Assembly: GCA_965261545.1 (NCBI GenBank)
Contig: CBDHDF010000004.1
Coordinates: 32,001-96,000 of the forward strand
Reading direction: 5' to 3'
Origin: Bdellovibrionales bacterium
GTDB taxonomy: Bacteria; Bdellovibrionota; Bdellovibrionia; Bdellovibrionales; UBA1609
Length of the DNA stretch: 64,000 nt
Below the pieces are notes generated by a model, which was not told the origin of the DNA, did no database searches, and saw nothing but the letters and a program-made list of their open reading frames with translations. The first letter of the stretch is position 1. Each line of letters begins with the position of its first letter. Position numbers and translations under genes: made by a program. Below, piece after piece: positions 23,829 to 31,294 of the stretch.

Positions 23829-25239
23829 CAATGCCGTTTCCTTAAGAAAAATCTCTTGAAATCATTAGATAAATCGACAAGAATAAGACTTGTTTTATTT
23901 TACACCCAACCCTCAACCAAGGAGTAAGTCACATGCAATCCAATATTGATCTCGAAAGCCCCCAAATGACGAGTTCGCGTCACAGATGACCATTTTATTC
24001 TACCAAAACTTGATTCTTCCTTCAAGCCAGAGCACCTTGTCGATCCAGAAAAACAAAAAAGGAATCGAAAATTTAATCCTCAAATTTTCTTTTTTACCAT
24101 TATCTATCTTATTTCAGGAACAAATTACGAAGGCTACCAAATCGCTCTTAAGACGGTATGGACTCATTTTGGTGACCTGCTTCTCATGCCAGTCAAAAGC
24201 AGTCTCAGCAAGATACGTCAAAGTATTTCTTACCTATTTTTCAAAGATATCTTTGAATCTCTGATTACAGACTACGAACCATTGAGAAAAACGTTTCATG
24301 GTTTTTATATCTATGCCATAGATGGCGACCAATTAGCACTTCCTCGCTCTAAAGATCTTTTAAAGGAGGGTTATTGTGGGTACCCTTGCCCAAATGAGAT
24401 GGAAACTCATTTCTTACGTATGTATCTATCTCATGCTTATGACGTTTTATCGGGTGTGACAAAGAATCTTTGCTATTCTCCCGCTCTCAACGAAATCGCC
24501 AATGCTATTCAAATGATAGGTAGTTTTGAGAGTAATAGCATAACTCTCTACGATAGGCTTTATTTATCTACAGAGATTATTAAGGCCCATGCTCAAGCCA
24601 GTAACTTCTTTATTGCGCGTTGTAAGCGAGGCTCTACTTTTATCCCCATCGTAAATTTATTTAATGGCCCAGGTTGGTATTCACAAATGGTTATTGAGGG
24701 GGTGGTCATTCATCTCTATAAGTATAAAAACCCAAAGACTGGGGAGTTCTCTGTTTTGGCCACTAATCTTCCGCATGGCTCCTTGGACAAGAAGGATATG
24801 GTTGCTCTTTACTCTCGTCGTTGGGAAATAGAAACGACATTTCGTGATTTTACATCGACAATGAAAATGGAGCAGTGGCACTCAACAAGCCTTAATGGAA
24901 TATTGCAAGAGCTGTATTCTTATTTTTGGCTCTTCAATTATACAAAGATTCAAATGAGCATAAATGAGGATGAAGACAGTGTGAATCAGTTGGTGAAAAA
25001 TGACTACAAAAAACCTAACTTTAAACTGATTCTTGATTTCATAATGGATAGCATCCCTCTTTTTGTTGCGGGGCTCTATCAGAAATTTAGGAAGCAGATA
25101 AAGTTGCTGATGAAGATTTCAATGGAGAAGAGGAGGCACTTCAAAAGAAGCTATGAAAGGTCTATCAAAAGGGCTGGGAGTTCTTTTAAAAGAAATAGCT
25201 TAACGCAGAGGGGTGTGGTGGCTTAAGGAAACGGCATTG
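23829..25239 (+). mobile_element. IS4-family insertion sequence (1411 bp) inside the DGR target gene
   Basis: Perfect 18-bp IRs caatgccgtttccttaag / cttaaggaaacggcattg; 10-bp TSD accctaggcc at 23819-23828 and 25240-25249. Confidence 0.95.
23933..25226 (+). pseudogene. IS4-family DDE transposase with an apparent frameshift near the 5' end
   Basis: YAIDGD, LYDRLY, YSRRWEIETTFR. The ATG at 23933 (AAGGAG RBS) is in a different frame from the long frame open from 23970 to 25226. Confidence 0.8.
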
Positions 25240-26256
25240 ACCCTAGGCCCCAAAGAGGCTCGGCAGGTCAAAGCCTATAAAGAGGGCGGGGAAGCTCCCC
25301 GTTTCCATGACCTCGTTCGACAAAGAGATGAGGCCCAGGAAAAGGTCTCAGGCATAGAAAAGTTCATAGACGCCTATGGAGAAGAAAATGCAGGATCTCT
25401 TATAAAAAAATTAGCTGCCTTAAGAAAAAACCTTGAAGAACTTGACTCAAAAATTGACAGCAGGCAGGAGTTCGCTTCTGCCGTGAGTGCTCTGAACGGA
25501 GTCATTGAGAGCTTAGTGGATGAAGTGATAGGAAGCCCTCGGATGAACACTCGTCTTTATTCAAAAGACAAAACAGGTATTGAATACAGTGTTTTGAGAG
25601 CCTATGTGAGACCAACATTGTCTCATGGTTTTGTCCCCGTGTCTGCAGGTTCTTTCATCATGGGGAGTCCTAATACTGAAAAAGGTCGAGATTCGGATGA
25701 GACCCCTCATGAAGTAACAATTTCTAAGCCCTTTGAAATAGGCACCACAGAGGTGACTCAATGGCAGTGGTTTGTTGTGATGGGGACAAATCCTTCAAAA
25801 TTCCAAGAAAAAGAGTATTGCCCAGAAAGTTATATGGAACAAGATGGAGTTTCAATGTGTGCCGATCATCCTGTGGAGAGAGTGTCTTGGGAGGACGTCC
25901 AAGAATTTATAAGGGAGTACAATCGTAGGGCAAAAGAGACCCACGGCAACGAATATGAATACCGTTTGCCTACGGAAGCGGAGTGGGAATTTGCAGCCAG
26001 GGGTGGTGCAAAAGCAGGCACAAAAACAGCCTATTCCTTTGGTGACAATCCTTCAGAACTTAAAAACTATGGTTGGCATCAGGGGAACTCTCGATCTCGA
26101 TTTGGCAAACAAAGCCGACAATCAAGGTCCGTGGGATTGCTGAGCCCCAATCCCCTAGGGCTTTATGATGTTCATGGAAATGTGTGGGAATGGGTCGAAG
26201 ACTGGTATAAGAGGAAATATCCTGAAGGTCCTGTCACAGACCCTAGAGGTCCGAAA

Positions 26257-26381
26257 AATGGCTCTTACCGTATTGTACGTGGTGGCGGTTGGAACGGCTA
26301 CGCTCGCTCCCTGCGCTCTTCCAATCGTGGCTACGATCGGCCTGGTAATCGCTGGAACGTTATCGGTTTCCGCCTTGTGAG
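26257..26381 (+). repeat. DGR variable repeat (VR) at the 3' end of the target gene
   Basis: Ungapped 125-bp match to 28446-28570 with 14 mismatches, all opposite TR adenines. Confidence 0.97.
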
Positions 26382-26427
26382 GACGCCTATGTAACCCCTT
26401 TGCCCTTTTACACTTTTACCCTTTTCC

Positions 26428-26540
26428 AGGCGAAGCGAAGCGAGCCTCAGCGTGCCAGCCGTCAGGCTGGGCACAAGGCAAGAAGGAAGGAGAGGGAAAG
26501 GCTGAGCCCGCGGAGCGTGGCGAAAGCCAACCCTCTCTCC
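26428..26540 (+). promoter_or_regulatory. GC-rich hairpin cluster downstream of VR (candidate retrohoming cis-element)
   Basis: ccagcc-gtca-ggctgg (26455-26470, extendable with gtgc/gcac), tggc-gaaa-gcca (26518-26529), overlapping GCGAAGC units. Confidence 0.65.
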
Positions 26541-26569
26541 GTATTTAGTTTTATTTTAGTGAGAGGTGT

Positions 26570-27079
26570 ATGTTAATCAAAGTCATATCCTTGTCTTTTA
26601 ATTCGGCTCTTGGTGGTTTTGATGATGATGAAGTGAGAGAGTTTTTAAAAGATAAGGAGCTTGTTTCTTCTCGTGATTATCTATTTGTGAAGAATGAAAC
26701 ACCATATTTAGTTTTTGTACTTAAGTATTGCCCGGTTGCTCAGGATGTAGTTAAAAGTAGGTCCATCCAAAAAGAAAGAAGCTGGAAGAAGTCTTTATCT
26801 GAACACGAGATGGGATTGTTTAATTTATTAAGAGATTGGAGATCGCAGCGTTGTAAGAAAGATGGTATTCCTCCTTATGTAGTTTTAACAAACCAGCAGA
26901 TTGCTGACATAGTAAAAAGGCGACCTCAAACGCTATCAGATTTAGTTAAAATTGATGGTATAGGAAAAAATAGAGTAGACAAATATGGAAAAGATATCTT
27001 ATCCATTTCAAAGGTTATAGTTCGTGATGTTTTAAAGGACGATTCAAGTGAGTTATCAGAGCAAGAATGTTCTTCATAA
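26570..27079 (+). CDS. HRDC-domain protein (DGR-associated accessory gene)
   Basis: LFNLLRDWRSQRCKKDGIPPYVVLTNQQIADIVKRRPQTLSDLVKIDGIGKNRVDKYGKDIL is a typical HRDC pattern. Confidence 0.9.
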   Translation: MLIKVISLSFNSALGGFDDDEVREFLKDKELVSSRDYLFVKNETPYLVFVLKYCPVAQDVVKSRSIQKERSWKKSLSEHEMGLFNLLRDWRSQRCKKDGIPPYVVLTNQQIADIVKRRPQTLSDLVKIDGIGKNRVDKYGKDILSISKVIVRDVLKDDSSELSEQECSS

Positions 27080-27425
27080 AAATAAAGAAGATTTAATTAT
27101 TTTTATAAAGTGGGTAGACTTTGTGAAGTGGTTATTTGTAGCGATTGATAAATTTCCTAAGAAAACTAGATTTACTTTTGTAGATCATCTTACAAATCTA
27201 TCATTACTTATTGTAGAAGATATGGTTGAAGCTCGTTATAATAAGAATAAAATATTCATTCTTAAAAGAATGAATATAAATCTTGAAAAATTGAGAATTT
27301 TATTGCGGATTTGTTTTGAACTCAAGATGATGTCACAAAAGTCCTATGAATACTCTTCTAGATCAATAAATGAGGTAGGAAAAATGATTGGTGGATGGAT
27401 GAAGCAGCAGGAGTCTCTTCTATGA
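27048..27425 (+). CDS. avd: DGR accessory variability determinant (Avd-like four-helix bundle)
   Basis: 125 aa basic protein with KFPKKTRFTF, LEKLRILLRIC, INEVGKMIGGW; its stop overlaps the RT start (ATGA). Confidence 0.9.
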   Translation: MSYQSKNVLHKNKEDLIIFIKWVDFVKWLFVAIDKFPKKTRFTFVDHLTNLSLLIVEDMVEARYNKNKIFILKRMNINLEKLRILLRICFELKMMSQKSYEYSSRSINEVGKMIGGWMKQQESLL

Positions 27426-28435
27426 AGAGAATTGGAAATATTTTTGAGGAATTAACAACCTTTGATAACCTTTTGTTAGCATCAAAAAAAGCTATGAGAA
27501 GGAAAAGAAATAAAAAACCAATATCAGAATTTTACTTTAATCTTGAGAATGAAATATTTGAAATACAAAATGAATTGATCCAAAAAACCTATCGTCCAGG
27601 CCCATATATACAATTTGAAATTAGAGAACATAAGCGAAGATTAATTTGTAGTTCGAATTTTAGAGATAGGGTGGTTCACCATTCTATTTGTAATTATTGC
27701 GATCCTGTGTTTGAAAAAAGATTTATATTTGATAGTTACGCTTGTCGCCCTGGTAAAGGAGCTCATTCTGCAGTTAGGAGATGTCAGAAATTTTCTAGAA
27801 AATTTAGGTATTTTCTGAAGTGCGATATAAAGAAATTCTTTCATAGTATAAATCATGACATTTTAAAAGAATTATTGAGAAAGAACTTTAAAGATGAAGA
27901 TTTTTTGAATCTATTGGATTTAATTATTGATAATAAGGTGCCTGGCAATTTGGATAGAATGGGTCTCCCCATAGGGATTCTCACAAGTCAGAATTTTGCT
28001 AATTTTTATTTAGATTATTTGGATCATTTTGTTAAAGAACATATCAGAATTCCGAGCTACCTACGTTATATGGATGATTTTATATCATTTTCAAATGATA
28101 AGTATGAACTAAATAAATATCATCAAAAAATAGAAGGATTTCTTGCAGAAACTCTGAATCTTAGCCTTAAAGAAAGAGTAACTAAGCTAGCTCCTGTGTC
28201 AGAGGGCATTCCCTTTCTTGGTTTTAATATTTATCCATCAATCGTTAGAATCAAGCGAGAAAATTTGGTGCGAATGAGAAATAAAATAAGGCGCAAAGAA
28301 GAAGAATATATTAAAGGGATCATTTCCGAGAGATCACTCGTTCAATCTGTTAATAGTGTGATTGGTCACGTTGCCCATGTTAATTCTAAGGAGGTGAGAA
28401 AAGATATTTTTACAAGTTCTTTAAAAATGGCGTGA
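27422..28435 (+). CDS. DGR reverse transcriptase (337 aa)
   Basis: MKRIGNIF start, [50 protein letters not shown] (DGR-type GxxxSQ), [15 protein letters not shown]; frame intact. Confidence 0.95.
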   Translation: MKRIGNIFEELTTFDNLLLASKKAMRRKRNKKPISEFYFNLENEIFEIQNELIQKTYRPGPYIQFEIREHKRRLICSSNFRDRVVHHSICNYCDPVFEKRFIFDSYACRPGKGAHSAVRRCQKFSRKFRYFLKCDIKKFFHSINHDILKELLRKNFKDEDFLNLLDLIIDNKVPGNLDRMGLPIGILTSQNFANFYLDYLDHFVKEHIRIPSYLRYMDDFISFSNDKYELNKYHQKIEGFLAETLNLSLKERVTKLAPVSEGIPFLGFNIYPSIVRIKRENLVRMRNKIRRKEEEYIKGIISERSLVQSVNSVIGHVAHVNSKEVRKDIFTSSLKMA

Positions 28436-28445
28436 TGATCATTTT

Positions 28446-28570
28446 AATGGCTCTAACCGTATTATACGTGGTGGCAGTTGGAACAACAACGCTCGCAACC
28501 TGCGCTCTTCCAATCGTAACAACGATCGGCCTGATAATCGCTGGAACAATATCGGTTTCCGCCTTGTGAG
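28446..28570 (+). ncRNA. DGR template repeat (TR)
   Basis: Intergenic, AAC/AAT-rich copy of VR starting 10 nt after the RT stop; 12 AAY codons in the VR reading frame. Confidence 0.96.
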
Positions 28571-28697
28571 TACATAGCTGTGTATAAAGTAAGAGTGAAT
28601 TGCCAGGAAATGTCGTTTATGGACTGCATTTGTGTGCCTAGGCTATGTCCAGATCATCATCCTGCGCTGATATTGTGTATCAGACAAATAAATCTAT

Positions 28698-28745
28698 AGT
28701 CATTGCGCTGAGTAGGTTATTCTTGAAAATCGCAATGACTTTTTT
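28698..28745 (+). terminator. Inverted repeat plus T-tract, likely 3' end of the DGR transcript
   Basis: Perfect 10-bp IR agtcattgcg (28698-28707) / cgcaatgact (28731-28740) followed by ttttt; the 23-nt loop is long for a classical terminator. Confidence 0.55.
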
Positions 28746-28817
28746 GCACGACATGCTTTTCTATGAGACAAATGGGGTGTGAGCCGTTGCACTGTTTTTA
28801 GGAAACTTCAATTAGAT

Positions 28818-30017
28818 ATGAGACATTTTGGACAAATTGGGATGGTTTTATTGATGGCTTTGCTGGCTGGAGGTATCATGCTGTGGAAACACCATGAGTT
28901 CAAAAGCAATACATCTTCACAAAGTAAAGATCAAGAAGTCGTGAAAGAAGGTGCCACAGCTTCAAAGACGACTCATCAAGAGAAAGTTCATGGAGCTGTG
29001 ACCATTGATATTCACATGTTAGAGGCTCGTCATGATGGAAAGAGGTGGGAGCTTTGGGCAGATCGTAGTGAACGATATAAGGGTGGCAAGGATTTTTATT
29101 TAGAGGGAATTCGAGTGAACTTCCCCTCGGATCAAACCTTTGCTTTTAAAGTGAAAGGAAATAAAGGGGTTATTAATTTGGGCACCATGGATATGAATAT
29201 TTATGGCAATGTTGTCGTTCGGTCGACAAATGGAGACACTTTTAAAACTCAAACTCTCTTTTATTCTTCAAAACTACGTCATTTGAAGGGTGAAACACCT
29301 GTTGAAATGCGATTCCAATACAGTCCAGAAAGAGGCTCTAAAGGACCCCTTCTTCTTGACAAGGATGTAAGTTTGGTGGGCTCAAAGATTTTGATTGATT
29401 TAGATCCATCGCAGACAGAAATCTACGGGAGCGTGGTCTTGAAGGGAACCCTTAAAAAAGAAGGAATATTTACCATAAGAAGTGAGAAAGTCATTTTTGA
29501 TAACAAATCGGCAGTGACCCAATTTTTAGGTGATGTGCAAATTCATGTAGGAACTATTAAAGTGTTAGCCCCCCAGGCTCAATTTCAATATAAGAAGGAG
29601 ACAGGCGCTATTGTAAACTTTGTTGTCAAAGGTGGAGTTAATATGGAGGGTGAGGTATCGGTAAAGAGTCAAAATTTGTCTCAGGGGTCAGAGTTAATGA
29701 AGAAGAATTCAACGAAGAAGAGTCCAACGCAAAGCTGGAGAGCTAGGACCAAAGAAGTTTTCATTGACTTGGAGAACGAAGTGTTTGTTTTAAAGGGAAG
29801 CCCCCGGGTTGTCCAAGGTGAAGGTGAGTTAAGGGGGGAGGAAATTATATTTCGTCGTGGGGGTGACGCTATTCAAATACGCAAAGTGCGAGCTAAAATT
29901 GACAAGGATTTTGGCAAAGACCTTGGCAAAGCCTTCGATAAAAGCCTTGGGAAGGGGGTTGGTAAGGAGCTTGGTGAGGACTCTGGTAAAGAGCCTAAAG
30001 AAACATCTGCACCATAA
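28818..30017 (+). CDS. LptC/LptA-like beta-jellyroll LPS-transport protein
   Basis: Single N-terminal transmembrane anchor, KRWELWAD, GNVVVRS, FKTQTLFY, VLKGSPRVVQGEGELRGEEI (OstA-like). Confidence 0.65.
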   Translation: MRHFGQIGMVLLMALLAGGIMLWKHHEFKSNTSSQSKDQEVVKEGATASKTTHQEKVHGAVTIDIHMLEARHDGKRWELWADRSERYKGGKDFYLEGIRVNFPSDQTFAFKVKGNKGVINLGTMDMNIYGNVVVRSTNGDTFKTQTLFYSSKLRHLKGETPVEMRFQYSPERGSKGPLLLDKDVSLVGSKILIDLDPSQTEIYGSVVLKGTLKKEGIFTIRSEKVIFDNKSAVTQFLGDVQIHVGTIKVLAPQAQFQYKKETGAIVNFVVKGGVNMEGEVSVKSQNLSQGSELMKKNSTKKSPTQSWRARTKEVFIDLENEVFVLKGSPRVVQGEGELRGEEIIFRRGGDAIQIRKVRAKIDKDFGKDLGKAFDKSLGKGVGKELGEDSGKEPKETSAP

Positions 30018-30262
30018 GAAAAGCAAATCAAAACTCCTAGGTTCATCTATATCGAGGACCCATCTTCGCAGTTCATAATGGTGGACATTAGATGGCGATG
30101 GTACATGATTACATGATTATGGTGATACTGGTTGCGGGCGAGGCTGCATCAAAAACTATTGCGGCACATATTGCAGCGCACCTAGTCTTTGTTTTTCTTG
30201 TTTTTACTGATTGACGTCTTAAGTACGCTATCTGTACATCTGTGTGGGTGTCTTCACTGTCC

Positions 30263-31237
30263 ATGAACTCGCAGGTGTACAAAAATATTTGTGTGATGTA
30301 CCGCCCTAGGAAGGAAGAAGCTCTCACTCTTGCGAAAGAGCTTGCCAACTGGCTTATTGAAAAAGGCATAAGTGTTTACAGTCATCCCCAACAAAGAATT
30401 TTCCCTGAGATTCCCGCTCTAAGTTCCGTCCCTAAAGCTTCGCTTTCTGGAGGTTCTTCTTCTGAGCCTCTGCTCTTTGGGGCCTTACCTTCTGAGTCTT
30501 CGCCCCCTGGAGTCTTATCTTCTGAAGCTTTGCCTTCCCTTTCCTCACAGGCTATGGATCTCTTTGTGGTTCTTGGTGGAGATGGGACCTATTTGGAGGC
30601 GATAAGGATTCTTGAGGGTTGCCCCACTCCCATTCTCGGTGTGAATTTGGGGGGGCTGGGATTTCTGACTCAAATTCGTTCGGATGCTCTCTACTCCACC
30701 ATGGAGATGGTTTTAAAAAGTCAAATGGAAATGCGGCCTCGTACCATGCTTCATCTTCAAGTGAAAAGGGGAGGCCAAATTCTTAAACAACTTTGTGCTC
30801 TTAACGATTTGGTCATAGAAAGAGGGACCATCAGCCAACTTATTGGTATGTCTCTTTTTAGCAACCAACAACAAGTCTACCATCTCAAGGCCGATGGTGT
30901 TGTCACAGCGACACCTACGGGTTCCACAGCTTACAATCTAGCGGCAGGAGGTCCCATACTCCACCCCTTTGTGGCGGCTTTTGTCGTCACTCCCATTTCT
31001 CCCCATTCGCTGACATCGAGGCCCCTGCTTTTTCCCGATGACCAAACCTTGTCCTATAAAATTGACAAGGGACAGAGAGCGCAGCTTAATGTCGATGGGA
31101 AAGTGCTCACAGAAATCACAGGGGAGGATGAAGTCATTGTTCAAAAGTCAAAATATGTTCATCAAGTGTTAAGAAAACCCACCCATGATTACTTTCAACT
31201 TCTTAGGGAAAAGTTGCGCTTTGGTGAAAGAGATTGA
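30263..31237 (+). CDS. nadK: NAD kinase
   Basis: VLGGDGTYL, GVNLGGLGFL, ALND, ADGVVTATPTGSTAYNLAAGGPI; upstream of recN. Confidence 0.95.
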   Translation: MNSQVYKNICVMYRPRKEEALTLAKELANWLIEKGISVYSHPQQRIFPEIPALSSVPKASLSGGSSSEPLLFGALPSESSPPGVLSSEALPSLSSQAMDLFVVLGGDGTYLEAIRILEGCPTPILGVNLGGLGFLTQIRSDALYSTMEMVLKSQMEMRPRTMLHLQVKRGGQILKQLCALNDLVIERGTISQLIGMSLFSNQQQVYHLKADGVVTATPTGSTAYNLAAGGPILHPFVAAFVVTPISPHSLTSRPLLFPDDQTLSYKIDKGQRAQLNVDGKVLTEITGEDEVIVQKSKYVHQVLRKPTHDYFQLLREKLRFGERD

Positions 31238-31294
31238 TGTGAAGAGGATGTGAAGAACAAGTACAGGGTATGAACAAGTACGGGTAGGAGAGTC

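Larger units (their letters stand above)
23144..26394 (+). pseudogene. DGR target gene: predicted lipoprotein with C-terminal FGE-sulfatase/CLec-type domain, interrupted by IS4 (reconstructed about 609 aa)
   Basis: AGGAG RBS then MKGMKPMRSMRPLLLLWLLSLLMVLPS-C signal. IS removal gives in-frame ...DELPTLGPKEARQ.... C-half has FIMGS, TEVTQ, HPVERVSWED, RLPTEAEWEFAARGG, NPLGLYDVHGNVWEWVED, RGGGW, GFRLV. Confidence 0.9.

Noticed and set aside
27422..28435. RT as a group II intron, retron or Abi RT
   Set aside because: Short, has GxxxSQ rather than QGxxxSP, lacks maturase/endonuclease domains, and is accompanied by Avd and an adenine-specific TR/VR pair.
28447..28569. 40-codon hydrophobic ORF over TR, and its counterpart ORF 26165-26380 over VR
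   Set aside because: Alternative-frame by-product of the AAC-rich TR/VR sequence; no RBS or independent support.
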